Assembly: GCA_963588055.1 (NCBI GenBank)
Contig: CAVAGB010000008.1
Coordinates: 11,622-75,621, forward strand
Source of the DNA: Erysipelotrichaceae bacterium
Lineage (GTDB): Bacteria; Bacillota_I; Bacilli_A; RFN20; CAG-826
DNA length: 64,000 bases
Direction of reading: 5' to 3'
The notes below the pieces were generated by a model. The model saw only the letters and a list, made by a program, of their open reading frames with translations. It did no database searches and was not told the origin of the DNA. Position numbers and translations under genes: made by a program. Positions 43,251 through 52,883 of this stretch are shown here, piece after piece (position 1 is the first letter of the stretch; each line of letters starts with the position of its first letter).

Positions 43251-44402
43251 TTACTTCTCTTGATAAGCGATATCCCCGTTTACCACGGTCATCTTAACGT
43301 GGAAAGAAGAATCGAGAACGGCGAAGGAGGCTTTCTTGCCGATTCCGATGCTGCCGTAATCCTTCTCGATGCGGAGGTTTCTTGCAGGGTTCAAAGTCAA
43401 TAGGTTGATCAGGTCGCAATACTGATAGCCGTGTTTTGCTGCGATTGGGGCGATGTTCCGCAAACCCTGATCCAATTTCAGAATCGAAGCGGCGATGGTT
43501 CCATCGGCAAGTTTGGCCACGCCGTTGGAGACGAATACCTCTTGCGAGCCTAAATGCGCCTTCGCTCCCTCCGGAAGGTATTTCGCCTCGCAGGAGTCGC
43601 TTATCATCACTATGTCCTCTTTCTTTTTGGACTTGAACATCAAAGCCAAAGCGTCGGGGCAGACATGATAGGTATCGCAGATGATCTCTGTCTTCACGCC
43701 GTCCTGAAGGAGAGCTTCGCCAGTAATGCCGGGATCGCGGTGATGGAATCGCCTTTGCGCGTTGAAAAGATGCGTGACGCAGCGGAGGCCTTTTTCGATC
43801 CCTTGCTTGAATAACTCCGCGGAACAGTCGCTATGACCGATCGAAGGCGTGATGCCGTGTTCCAAGCAATATTCAAGGAACTTCGAGTCCTCATCGTTCT
43901 CGTAAGCGAAGGTGATGAGGCGGATCAAACCGCCGCTTTCTTTGTTGAAACGTTCAAGAAGATCGATGTCCGGCTTCAAAATGAAAGCCTCGTCTTGCGC
44001 CCCCTTATGCAAAGGCGAGATGAAGGGGCCTTCCAAGTGAAGGCCGAGGATCTCCGCGCCGGAATGAGGAGAAGTGACATATTCATTGACGGTTTTGCAG
44101 GAGGAGAGGATCTTCTCTTTGCTTTCGGTCATCGTCGTGGCCAAAAAGGCGGCGACGCCTTCTTTCGCCAAAGCATCAGCCATCGTTTGGAGAGAAGAGG
44201 CCTTTCCATCCATCACGTCGCATCCATTCGCCCCATGGATATGCTCATCGATGAAGCCAGGGCAAACATAGATTTCCTCGTCAGAATAAAAAGCCTCCTC
44301 CGGCTCGGAGAAAGCTTTGATGCGGTCCCCTTCAAAAGAAAGAGAGCCTTTGATAACTTTGTCGGGCAAGACGAGATTGACGTTCCGGAAACCTTTACTC
44401 AT
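43251..44402 (-). CDS. nagA: N-acetylglucosamine-6-phosphate deacetylase
   Basis: PGFIDEHIHGANGCDVMDG, GLHLEGPFIS, IGHSDC, THLFNA. Confidence 0.88.
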   Translation of the reverse strand: MSKGFRNVNLVLPDKVIKGSLSFEGDRIKAFSEPEEAFYSDEEIYVCPGFIDEHIHGANGCDVMDGKASSLQTMADALAKEGVAAFLATTMTESKEKILSSCKTVNEYVTSPHSGAEILGLHLEGPFISPLHKGAQDEAFILKPDIDLLERFNKESGGLIRLITFAYENDEDSKFLEYCLEHGITPSIGHSDCSAELFKQGIEKGLRCVTHLFNAQRRFHHRDPGITGEALLQDGVKTEIICDTYHVCPDALALMFKSKKKEDIVMISDSCEAKYLPEGAKAHLGSQEVFVSNGVAKLADGTIAASILKLDQGLRNIAPIAAKHGYQYCDLINLLTLNPARNLRIEKDYGSIGIGKKASFAVLDSSFHVKMTVVNGDIAYQEK

Positions 44403-44420
44403 ATCGCCCTGAATTATATA

Positions 44421-45725
44421 TCAAGAAGCAAAGCAAAGGAGGTTCCCTATGGCGGTCGCTTCTTCAGGCCCTCTGCTGACTTTAAGCCCGGTGATGGACT
44501 CGGTCAGCTCATTGAGGATCTCAGCTTTCACCCCACCTCCGAACACGCAGATGCCGGTGGCTTTCTTCCCAGTAAGCTTTTCCATATTGGCAATGGCTTT
44601 CTTATAGCCCAGGGCCAAAGAATGATAAACCGAATAGAACAACTCGCCGTTGCCATTAGGAGAGGCGAAGCCGCCCTCGTTCAGCAAAGACAAAACGCAG
44701 TCCTTCATCGAAGAGGGATTGGACAAACGGGGATCGGTGACGTCGAATGTCCCAACATAGGAAGAGCCTGTTTTCGCGGAGGAAGTGACCTCGCTAAAAG
44801 AGGCGATTCCCAGTTCGTCTTTCATCCTGTTGATGATCCACATACCCATGATGTTTTGAAGGAAACGAACCTCGCCAGGATGGCTAAGTTCATTAGTGAA
44901 TCCGGCTTCGTAAGCCTCTTTGTTAATGACGGGCTCAGAGAGGATGCAACCAAGCAAACTCCAAGTTCCGCTGGAGAGTAAAACCTCGCCTTTTTTGGCG
45001 CCTGAAGCGAAGAAAGCGGCTGCGGTATCATGCTCCAAAGTCGCGTAGACGTCGCAAGAATAACCGACTTTTGCGGAGATTTCGCTAGTCAGAGGGCCAA
45101 TTTTCGTTCCAGCGCTGACGATGGGTGCAATAAGGTTGGGATTCATATCCAAAAGAGATAAAGTTTCGGGATTCGGCTTGCCATTTCTTTCATTCAGCAA
45201 GGCGCTGGTAGAAAGGGCGGAGAGCTCGTTTTGCTTCACGCCGGTGAGCAAATAGCAAAGATAGCTAGGAAGCATCATGAAGGTCTTCGCCTTCGCTAGC
45301 TTCCCGCTCTTTTTGTCGCAATGGAGCTGGTAGACGGAATCGAAGTTCTGAGGATATACGCCATTGGCGAGGAACAAAGACAAAGGGGTCATGAACTCCT
45401 TCTTCGCCTCGAAGGTCCTGACGTCGCGATAAGACTGCACGAGCCCGATGCGTTCATCGTTCTCATCGAGCAATGCATAGTCGACTCCAAAGCAGTCTAT
45501 GCCCATCTTGCAGGGGGCTTTGCCAAGGTCTTTGGCAATCTTCATCCCTTTGATGATCTCATCGAAAAGGATATCGACATCCCAATAGCAATGTCCTTCG
45601 CCCTGCTGAATTAGAGGCGTCTTGAAACGGTGGATCTCCTCTAGTTTCATCTCCCCATCCTCAAAATGAGCGAGGATGTGTCTAGCGCTGGTCGCGCCTA
45701 TATCAACGGCCAGGAAGTACTTCAC
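44421..45725 (-). CDS. rhaB: rhamnulokinase (FGGY family)
   Basis: FLAVDIGATSARHILAHFEDGEMKLEEIHRF. C-terminal FGGGVKAE. Sits in the rhaA-rhaD-rhaB context. Confidence 0.85.
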   Translation of the reverse strand: MKYFLAVDIGATSARHILAHFEDGEMKLEEIHRFKTPLIQQGEGHCYWDVDILFDEIIKGMKIAKDLGKAPCKMGIDCFGVDYALLDENDERIGLVQSYRDVRTFEAKKEFMTPLSLFLANGVYPQNFDSVYQLHCDKKSGKLAKAKTFMMLPSYLCYLLTGVKQNELSALSTSALLNERNGKPNPETLSLLDMNPNLIAPIVSAGTKIGPLTSEISAKVGYSCDVYATLEHDTAAAFFASGAKKGEVLLSSGTWSLLGCILSEPVINKEAYEAGFTNELSHPGEVRFLQNIMGMWIINRMKDELGIASFSEVTSSAKTGSSYVGTFDVTDPRLSNPSSMKDCVLSLLNEGGFASPNGNGELFYSVYHSLALGYKKAIANMEKLTGKKATGICVFGGGVKAEILNELTESITGLKVSRGPEEATAIGNLLCFAS

Positions 45726-46543
45726 TCAAGATACCCTGCCTTCGGGGTGAGATTGAAGCCTTTCGCGATCTCTTTGAGGTTCTCGTCGGTGATGACCTGC
45801 TTCTTCTCATAAGGAAGAGCCATCAGGTAAAGCATGGCGGCTTTCTCGACGGTCTCGATGAGCCCGAAGGCCTCGTCGAGGTCGTCCCCTGCCCCATAGA
45901 TGCCGTGGAGCGTCCAGATGACGCAGCGGTATTCCTTCATCTTGTTGGCGGTGTCCACGCCGATCTTATTCGTCCCGCAGAGTTCCCAAGGAAGCACGCC
46001 GATCCCTTCGGGGAAGACGACGATCTCTTCAGTCATCGTTCTCCAAAGGTCTTTGGTGAAGCTCTTCTCGTCCAAATCATGGATGGAAGAGTAAGTGAGA
46101 AGGTTCTGAGGGTGGCAGTGCATGATGACGTGGTTCTTCGGGTTGACCTTTAGCCTCGTCGCGTGACACATCATATGGGCGAAAATCTCGCTGGTGAATT
46201 TGCTGCCATTGGCGAATCCCCAAAGGACCTCGGCGGTCTTTAGATCCTCCTTCACGCGGAAGACGCCGGTGTTCTCTTCCGGATAAGCCTTGGTGTTGCG
46301 GAAGTATTTGCCGGTCCCGGTGATCGCGAAGACTTTGCCGGAGAGGATGGGGTCGACCTCCAAAGGAAGGGGAATCTCGCGAATGACTTTCTTGCCTCCA
46401 TCGAGATATTCGTCGATGTCAGGCTGATCAAGGAGAAGGGAGATGTTCCCTCCGTTCCTCTCATCCCAGCCAAGGCGGTACATATTGTCGATGATGTCTA
46501 GATAATCCTTGAAAGTGCGGCAATCCAAAAAGTTTTTAGCCAT
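45722..46543 (-). CDS. rhaD: rhamnulose-1-phosphate aldolase (class II)
   Basis: 273 aa. MYRLGWDERNGGNISLLL and HCHPQN, LHGIYGAG. Confidence 0.88.
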   Translation of the reverse strand: MAKNFLDCRTFKDYLDIIDNMYRLGWDERNGGNISLLLDQPDIDEYLDGGKKVIREIPLPLEVDPILSGKVFAITGTGKYFRNTKAYPEENTGVFRVKEDLKTAEVLWGFANGSKFTSEIFAHMMCHATRLKVNPKNHVIMHCHPQNLLTYSSIHDLDEKSFTKDLWRTMTEEIVVFPEGIGVLPWELCGTNKIGVDTANKMKEYRCVIWTLHGIYGAGDDLDEAFGLIETVEKAAMLYLMALPYEKKQVITDENLKEIAKGFNLTPKAGYLE

Positions 46544-46547
46544 GTTG

Positions 46548-47786
46548 TTATTTCCTCAAAGCGAGAACGCTTTTTTCGTAGTCTTCTATTTCGCCATACC
46601 ATTTCCCGTCGGCGGGGACGCCTTCTCTGGCGCAGTATTCGGCGAAGACCTCGCCGAAAGGAAGGGTCTTCAGATCCTCGCTGAGCTGAAGGAGCTTGGT
46701 GTGGTCGTGGTCGTCTTGGGCTTTCTTAAGAAGATCCCAGGGGGTGAGCAAGGAATTGAGCAAGGCCTTTTGGGCGTTGCGGCTTCCGACGACCAAGGCG
46801 GCGACGCGGTTGATGGAGGCGTCAAAATAATCCAGCCCGATGTCCGTGCGGTCATAGGCATCGTTTCTAGCAAGCTCGTCGAAGACGGCTTTCAGATCGT
46901 CATTGTAGCGGATCACGTGATCGGAATCCCAACGCACGGGGCGAGAGACATGCAAAGCGATGCGGGGAAGATAGCAAAGCAAAGAGGAAATCTTGTCCGC
47001 GACGTTCTCCGTCGGGTGGAAGTGCCCCATATCGAGGAGGCAGAGGATTTGGCGGGAGACGGAGTAACCAAGATAGAACTCATTGGACCCGACCGTATAG
47101 GATTCGATGCCGATGCCGAAGACCTTGCTTTCGACGGCGACATCGACGAGGTTTTTGTCATAAGGATGAGAAAGTATCTCGTCAAGGGACTCGACTAGGC
47201 GTTTCCTTGGAGAGAAACGATCGGCGGGGTCTTCCTTCATGCCGTCAGGGATCCAGATGTTGCAAAGGCAGCGTTGCCCGGTGGCTTTGGCGAAAGCCTC
47301 GGAGACCTTGATGGAATTGACGCAGTGCTCGATCCAATATTTGCGGGTCGCCTCATCGTTAGAGGAAAGCGAGCACCCATCATGCATGTGCGCGGAAGAG
47401 AAGCAAGTGGGGTTGAAATCAAGCCCCAAATCGTTCTTCTTCGCATATTCGATCCAGCGGGCGAAATTCTTCTCGGTGATGTCTTTGCGGTCCACCACAT
47501 CGTCGGACTCATAGATCGCATGGAGATTGATTTTCTTTTTGCCCGGGATAAGAGACAAAGCCTTGTCGAGGTCTTGAATCATCTCCTCATAGTTCCTGGC
47601 GCGTCCAGGATAATCGCCGGTGGCCTGGATTCCGCCGGTCAGGCTGCCGGAATTCTCGAAGCCGATGACGTCGTCAAGCTGCCAGCATTGGATGGAGATC
47701 GGGGTCGAGGCAGCCTTCTTGAAAGCAGCTTCCACATCCACCCCATAGGCGGCGTAGGCTTGCTTCGCTTTTTCAAAGTCGTTCAT
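46548..47786 (-). CDS. rhaA: L-rhamnose isomerase
   Basis: 412 aa. PISIQCWQLDDVIGFE, NLHAIY, CNIWIPDG, LLDMGHFHPTE. Confidence 0.9.
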   Translation of the reverse strand: MNDFEKAKQAYAAYGVDVEAAFKKAASTPISIQCWQLDDVIGFENSGSLTGGIQATGDYPGRARNYEEMIQDLDKALSLIPGKKKINLHAIYESDDVVDRKDITEKNFARWIEYAKKNDLGLDFNPTCFSSAHMHDGCSLSSNDEATRKYWIEHCVNSIKVSEAFAKATGQRCLCNIWIPDGMKEDPADRFSPRKRLVESLDEILSHPYDKNLVDVAVESKVFGIGIESYTVGSNEFYLGYSVSRQILCLLDMGHFHPTENVADKISSLLCYLPRIALHVSRPVRWDSDHVIRYNDDLKAVFDELARNDAYDRTDIGLDYFDASINRVAALVVGSRNAQKALLNSLLTPWDLLKKAQDDHDHTKLLQLSEDLKTLPFGEVFAEYCAREGVPADGKWYGEIEDYEKSVLALRK

Positions 47787-47849
47787 AAAACACCTTCCTT
47801 ACCCCATCATTCTACTATTCTCCTATGGAGAATCGATTTTGCGTGCGCG

Positions 47850-47881
47850 TTTTTGCGCATATGTTGGAAGGTGCGCAAAAA
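47850..47881. promoter_or_regulatory. inverted repeat TTTTTGCGCA-N12-TGCGCAAAAA in the rhaA/deoR divergent region
   Basis: Read directly. A third related TTTTGCGTGCGC lies at 47837-47848. Confidence 0.45.
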
Positions 47882-48096
47882 AGCAAAAGCAAGGAGGCAT
47901 AAAGATTCTCTAGATGATGGAAAAAGTAAGGAGTCATCGATGCTCAACGCTTTGAAAAAAGAGAGGAACGCTCAAACGAATCGCCTCGTCAAAGAACTTA
48001 CGGCACCTATTGAAATGCGTACTCGTTAGCTTAAAAGTGCTTAAAAGGCGCCAAACTCTTTCAAAGCCGCTCAAATTGAACCATAATGAGCAAGCC

Positions 48097-48864
48097 ATGC
48101 TTGATTTAGAAAGAGATGAGCAGATCCTCGCGATTCTGCAGCAGAAGAAAGCCTGCACTGTCTATGAGCTTTCCCAAAAACTCTATGTGAGTGAATCGAC
48201 CGTCAGGAGAGACCTCACGAGGATGGAGCAAAAAGGTCTTGTGACCCGCACCTTCGGCGGGGCGATCCTCAAATCCACCCCCACAATCGAGGAGACCTCG
48301 TTCTACCTCCGCGAGAAGGAGAACCTCCAGGTGAAGCGCGCTTTGGCTAGGGCCGCTTTGCAATTCATCCAAGAGGACTCGGCCATTTTCTTGGATTCGA
48401 GTTCAACTACCCTTCAGATTGCGACGATGCTGAACGACTTCAAGAACCTCCGCATCATCACCAACGGCCTCGCGATCGCCAATGAGTTGGTCACGAAAAC
48501 AAAGCACCAAGTCACTTTGATCGGAGGCGATATTCAGCCCGCTTCGAATTCCGTCTTAGGCTCTAGGGCGGAAGCGATGATTGAGGGCTACCACGCCAAC
48601 CTCGCCATCATGTCCACCGCCGGGGTCGATCCCGAATTCGGCTTTTCGGAAGCGACCGAGCAAGGCGCCGACGTCAAAAAGACGATGGCCAAATGTTCCG
48701 AGAAGACGATCGTCCTCTTCGATGAAACCAAAGTGGGCCGCAAAAACCTCGCCCGCACCTTCTCTCTTGAGAAGGCGGACATCATCATCTCCTCGATTCC
48801 TCTTTCGGAAGCCTACAAAAAGAAAGCGCCCGAATCCACGTTCGTGATCGCTTCCGCGAACTGA
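48097..48864 (+). CDS. DeoR-family transcriptional regulator
   Basis: ILAILQQKKACTVYELSQKLYVSESTVRRDLTRMEQKGLV plus a DeoR C-terminal sugar-binding domain. The start is uncertain: the track ORF opens at 48010. Confidence 0.8.
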   Translation: MLDLERDEQILAILQQKKACTVYELSQKLYVSESTVRRDLTRMEQKGLVTRTFGGAILKSTPTIEETSFYLREKENLQVKRALARAALQFIQEDSAIFLDSSSTTLQIATMLNDFKNLRIITNGLAIANELVTKTKHQVTLIGGDIQPASNSVLGSRAEAMIEGYHANLAIMSTAGVDPEFGFSEATEQGADVKKTMAKCSEKTIVLFDETKVGRKNLARTFSLEKADIIISSIPLSEAYKKKAPESTFVIASAN

Positions 48865-48869
48865 TTGGT

Positions 48870-49706
48870 TCAGTCGAGATCCTCGACGCAGAAACTCTTG
48901 AAGAAATTGGCGCACATTTCGGTCCAATTCTTCATGTTCTTGCCCAATTGCTTGTGATCAAGATTGGGGCTGATCTCGTTTTTGGCAGTCGAAAAGCCAT
49001 GCCATCCCGTGGGGAACATATGCAATTCGAAGGGGATTTTGCGGGCTTTTAGGGCTAAAGCGTAGTGTAAAGAGTTCTCCGCGGGTACGTCCCCATCCTC
49101 GATGCTCGTCGCGATGAAGGCAGGGGTCTGGCCAGGATGAACATGCTCATCAAGGGACAGTTTTTCTTCAAGTTCTTCCTTGTTGGACAGACCATGCAGA
49201 AGATAGTCGTGCGTTTGGCGATAGCCATAAGAGGGGGAGATGACGGGATAGATGAGACCCACCGCTTTGGCTTTGCAATCAATGTCAAGACGATGATCTT
49301 TGGCGATGTCGTTCTCTTCCATGACAAGATTACCGACTAGATGTCCTCCCGCGGAGAAGCCGACGGCAAAAACCTCATCGGGATTGACCCAGTATTCGTC
49401 CGCGTGTTTCTTCACGTAATCGACCGCGCAGGCGAGTTCCATCAGCTGCTCAGGATAGACGGCCTCTGGGGAGCAGAGATAAGTCAAAACGAAAGTCTGA
49501 AATCCCCTCGCCAAAAACTGATTGGCGACGGGCAAGCCTTCCCTTTTGCTGACCATCGCATACGCCCCGCCAGGGACGACAATGAGACCAGGCCTCCTAT
49601 AAGAGACGCCAGGCCCATCGAAAGGATAAGGCAAAATGGAGGGGGTCAAGACCCCTCCCTTAAGAGAAGGATAGACTTTAGCGAGTTCGATGTCGCCCAC
49701 GTTCAC
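48870..49706 (-). CDS. alpha/beta hydrolase (acetyl-esterase/lipase type)
   Basis: LIVVPGGAY oxyanion region. Nucleophile elbow GFSAGGH. Confidence 0.7.
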   Translation of the reverse strand: MNVGDIELAKVYPSLKGGVLTPSILPYPFDGPGVSYRRPGLIVVPGGAYAMVSKREGLPVANQFLARGFQTFVLTYLCSPEAVYPEQLMELACAVDYVKKHADEYWVNPDEVFAVGFSAGGHLVGNLVMEENDIAKDHRLDIDCKAKAVGLIYPVISPSYGYRQTHDYLLHGLSNKEELEEKLSLDEHVHPGQTPAFIATSIEDGDVPAENSLHYALALKARKIPFELHMFPTGWHGFSTAKNEISPNLDHKQLGKNMKNWTEMCANFFKSFCVEDLD

Positions 49707-50668
49707 GCCCTCCTGGCTTTATACGCTAAAGCGGCCGCCCCGTAGATACCCGCGTCGCTCCCTAATTTGGAGACCAGCACATCCACTTTGGGAGAGACCG
49801 TTCCGCCATAGCCGTAGTTCCTCTCGGCTAGATAGGCTTTGACCCTATTGCCGAATTTGTCGCCTTGCTTGGTGAGGCCGCCAGAGAAGATAAGCGCCTC
49901 GGGACGGAAGATATTGATGAAATTGAGACAGCCTTCGCCAAGGTAATGGAAGTAATCTTCCAAGACTTTTTTGGCGGTGGGGTCGCCTTTTTCCTCCGCT
50001 TCGAAGATGAAACGCGCATTCATCTCATCGGGATTGGGGCAAAGCGACCAAAGCAAACTATCTTTGTGTTCCTTCATGGCTTTCGCCCCATCGCGGCAAA
50101 GCGCGCTGGCAGAAGCATAGCTCTCTAAGCATCCTTTTCTGCCGCAGGAGCATTCCCTGCCGTCGATCTCTAGCAATGAATGGCCGAGTTCGGCGCCTTT
50201 GCCTTCGTTCCCGGAGTAGATTTGTCCGTTGATGAGGATCCCTCCCCCAACGCCGGTCCCCAAGGTGATGAAGATGATGTTCTTGTAGTTCTTCCCCACG
50301 CCGAACTGCACATCGCCAAGCAAGGCGGCGTTCGCGTCGTTTTCGATGTAGGCGGGGAGGTCGATTTCCTTTTCGAAGGCTTCGACGACATGGAAATCGC
50401 GCCAATGGAGGTTATTGGAATAGTCGCAAGTCCCTTTCTCAGGGTTGATCGCGCCAGGGCAGCCGATGCCGATGCCGATGCATCCAGGGTGGTCCTTCAA
50501 AGCTTTTTTGGTTTCCTTTATGACCAAATCCAAAAGCTCTTCTTGGCTCAATTTCGCATCCACGGGTACCACGAATTGGCCATCCAGATGGCCTTCTTCG
50601 TCCACGAAGGCGGCTTTGATGCTCGTGCCTCCGATGTCGATGCCAAGCGCTTCGATCTTGTCTTTCAT
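49703..50668 (-). CDS. ROK-family glucokinase
   Basis: ATG 50668 with GGAGGA SD. GIDIGGTSIKAAF, NDANAAALGD, ROK Cys motif CSCGRKGCLE. Confidence 0.8.
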   Translation of the reverse strand: MKDKIEALGIDIGGTSIKAAFVDEEGHLDGQFVVPVDAKLSQEELLDLVIKETKKALKDHPGCIGIGIGCPGAINPEKGTCDYSNNLHWRDFHVVEAFEKEIDLPAYIENDANAALLGDVQFGVGKNYKNIIFITLGTGVGGGILINGQIYSGNEGKGAELGHSLLEIDGRECSCGRKGCLESYASASALCRDGAKAMKEHKDSLLWSLCPNPDEMNARFIFEAEEKGDPTAKKVLEDYFHYLGEGCLNFINIFRPEALIFSGGLTKQGDKFGNRVKAYLAERNYGYGGTVSPKVDVLVSKLGSDAGIYGAAALAYKARRA

Positions 50669-50726
50669 GTCGTTTCCTCCTGCTAGAAAAAGAGAGGGCC
50701 CCTCAAGAGGCCCTCCCAAAAACAAA

Positions 50727-51437
50727 TCAGAGATAGTATTTGTTGAGGACGGAGAGGTCCTTCTCGTCGAGCTCATAGACAAGCGGCTTGCCAGTGGGGA
50801 TCTCGACCTTGAGGATCTCTTCGGGGGTCAGATGCTCAAGCATCATGACGATGGCGCGCAAGGAATTGCCGTGCGCCGCGATGAGGACCTTCTTGCCCGC
50901 TTTGATCTCGGGGGCGATCTTCTCATCGAAATAGGGCTTCACGCGCTTGGCGGTGTCGATCAGGCACTCGGTGAGAGGGCAATCATCGATCGTCATCTCG
51001 CCTTTCTTGATGAGGTCCTGGTACTTCTCTTGGTTGCCAGGCCAACGGGCGTCGTCTTTGGTGAGGGATAGAGGGGGGACGTCGGCGGAACGCCTCCAGA
51101 TGTGGACCTGCTCATCGCCCCATTTCTTGGCCGACTCGGCTTTGTTGAGGCCTTGGAGGGCGCCGTAATGGCGTTCGTTGAGCCTCCAAGAATAGAACTT
51201 CGGGATGGAGGTCTCGCCCATTTCGCCCAGCGCGAAATTCATCGTGTTGTTGGCGCGCTTCAAGACGGAAGAGAAAGCGACGTCGAAGGAATAGCCGTTC
51301 GCCTTGAGGGCTTTGCCTGCTTCCTTGGCCTCTTCCACCCCTTTGGGGGAGAGCTCGACGTCGGTCCAACCGGTGAAGAGGTTGGAGAGGTTCCACTCGG
51401 ACTGTCCGTGGCGGAGCAATACTAGTTTGATCATCAA
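50727..51437 (-). CDS. gpmA: 2,3-bisphosphoglycerate-dependent phosphoglycerate mutase
   Basis: LVLLRHGQSEWNLSNLFTGWTDVELS, RLNERHYGALQG, AAHGNSLRA. Confidence 0.92.
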   Translation of the reverse strand: MMIKLVLLRHGQSEWNLSNLFTGWTDVELSPKGVEEAKEAGKALKANGYSFDVAFSSVLKRANNTMNFALGEMGETSIPKFYSWRLNERHYGALQGLNKAESAKKWGDEQVHIWRRSADVPPLSLTKDDARWPGNQEKYQDLIKKGEMTIDDCPLTECLIDTAKRVKPYFDEKIAPEIKAGKKVLIAAHGNSLRAIVMMLEHLTPEEILKVEIPTGKPLVYELDEKDLSVLNKYYL

Positions 51438-51568
51438 TTTTTACCTTCCTTTTGGTACAAGGTGAATTATAGCCACACTCGCACGCGCGGGAAAGAATCA
51501 AGCGAGAGGCGGCTCGCCAAAGAGACAAAGTTGCCAATATACCGATAAATCCGTCTGGGCGGATCTTT

Positions 51569-52252
51569 TTAGAGCTTTAAGAGCTCATCGAGGATGCGCT
51601 TCACCCTGGAAGAGGCCTCCCCAACGTTCTCGGCGTATTCGGTTTCGGGATGCTCGCAGTCGGTGATGACGCGCAAAGAGCAATATGGCACGCCGAAGAC
51701 GTAAGCCACTTGGGCAAAGCAAGCGGATTCCATATCGATCACCAATGGATGGAAGGTCTTGATGGCGTTTTCTCTCCCTTGATCGTCGTGCCTAAAGAAG
51801 GTATCGCCTGAGGAGATGCGGCCAAAAGAGCAGGGAATGACGGCTTTTTCAGCGGCTTGGGCGAGTTTTTCGCCGAGTTTGGCATCCGCGGGGAGCTCAA
51901 CAACGTTGATCCCGGAAAGCAATCCTTTGGGATCTCCGATGGCCGAGGTATCCATATCATGCTGCACAAGCGAAGAGGAAACGACGCAGGAAAGAACCGG
52001 GGCTCTCTTCGCGTCCAAGGAACCAGCCACGCCGGCATTGATTACGGAATCGACGTGATACAAAAGCAGAGCGGAGGTCAATCCCGAGCAGGCGAACCCT
52101 TTCCCTATCCCCGAAACAAGAATCAAAAATTCCGCGGATTCCTTTTTGCAGAGGTAGAGTTCGGCGAAGCCGCTTCTCTTCTCTTCGATGACCGAGCAGT
52201 CCTTCAAGAATGGCTCAGCCTCTTTCTTCATCGCGAAACAAAGGCAAATCAT
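51569..52252 (-). CDS. mtnN: 5'-methylthioadenosine/S-adenosylhomocysteine nucleosidase
   Basis: ICLCFAMKKEAEPF, SGIGKG, DMESA, ITD. Confidence 0.75.
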   Translation of the reverse strand: MICLCFAMKKEAEPFLKDCSVIEEKRSGFAELYLCKKESAEFLILVSGIGKGFACSGLTSALLLYHVDSVINAGVAGSLDAKRAPVLSCVVSSSLVQHDMDTSAIGDPKGLLSGINVVELPADAKLGEKLAQAAEKAVIPCSFGRISSGDTFFRHDDQGRENAIKTFHPLVIDMESACFAQVAYVFGVPYCSLRVITDCEHPETEYAENVGEASSRVKRILDELLKL

Positions 52253-52296
52253 GGCAATATTCTAATTTTTCCCCACTTCAAAGCATAGGCGGAATC

Positions 52297-52818
52297 TCAT
52301 TTCCTGAGGCGTTTGAAGGAAAGGAGGGAGGCTTCTTCGCTTTTCAAATCGATGAAAGCGTAGTAAGCCTGCCCATTCGCGTCTACGTAGGAGAGGCAAT
52401 AGCGGGCGCCTTTTGGAAGGGAGAAAGAATCGGGCAAAAGATAATCCACAACCGCGCTCTGCTTCTTCCCTTTCTCAACGAGGAAGCCGTAATTCCCATC
52501 CTTCTTCCTGACGAAATTCAAATCGAGCCCCCTGGCGAGGGGTTTATAGGTCATTTTGCAAACGACCTTCACCTCTTTCGAAAGGTAGTAAGAGAGACAA
52601 ATATCATCCAAGACCCAATCCTGTTTGGAGGCGTTTTCGAATTCGAGATTGAAACGCAGCTCATGGGGATCCAAGAGCCCGATGCGCTTGATGACCGCAT
52701 CGCATGAGCCACCGCGTTTGATGGATGAGGCGAGTTTGACAAGGCAAAACACAAGGACGGCCGCGGCTATCGCGGCGATCGTGAAGAGAATCCCTGTGCG
52801 AGCGGAGGCTAAAAACAT
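52297..52818 (-). CDS. hypothetical membrane-anchored protein
   Basis: 173 aa with an N-terminal TM (ILFTIAAIAAAVLVFCLV) and a beta-rich remainder. No family recognised. Confidence 0.4.
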   Translation of the reverse strand: MFLASARTGILFTIAAIAAAVLVFCLVKLASSIKRGGSCDAVIKRIGLLDPHELRFNLEFENASKQDWVLDDICLSYYLSKEVKVVCKMTYKPLARGLDLNFVRKKDGNYGFLVEKGKKQSAVVDYLLPDSFSLPKGARYCLSYVDANGQAYYAFIDLKSEEASLLSFKRLRK

Positions 52819-52883
52819 AACGGAAAAGACAATATCACCCTAATGCCCTTCGCGCATCAACAACCTGCAAGATGGAAGACGCT

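Noticed and set aside
43833-44981. 382-aa plus-strand ORF across nagA and rhaB
   Set aside because: It spans two conserved minus-strand genes and their junction, with an R/G/D-rich junk translation.
46509-48029. 229-aa and 251-aa plus-strand ORFs antisense to rhaA
   Set aside because: Shadow ORFs of rhaA. No motifs were found.
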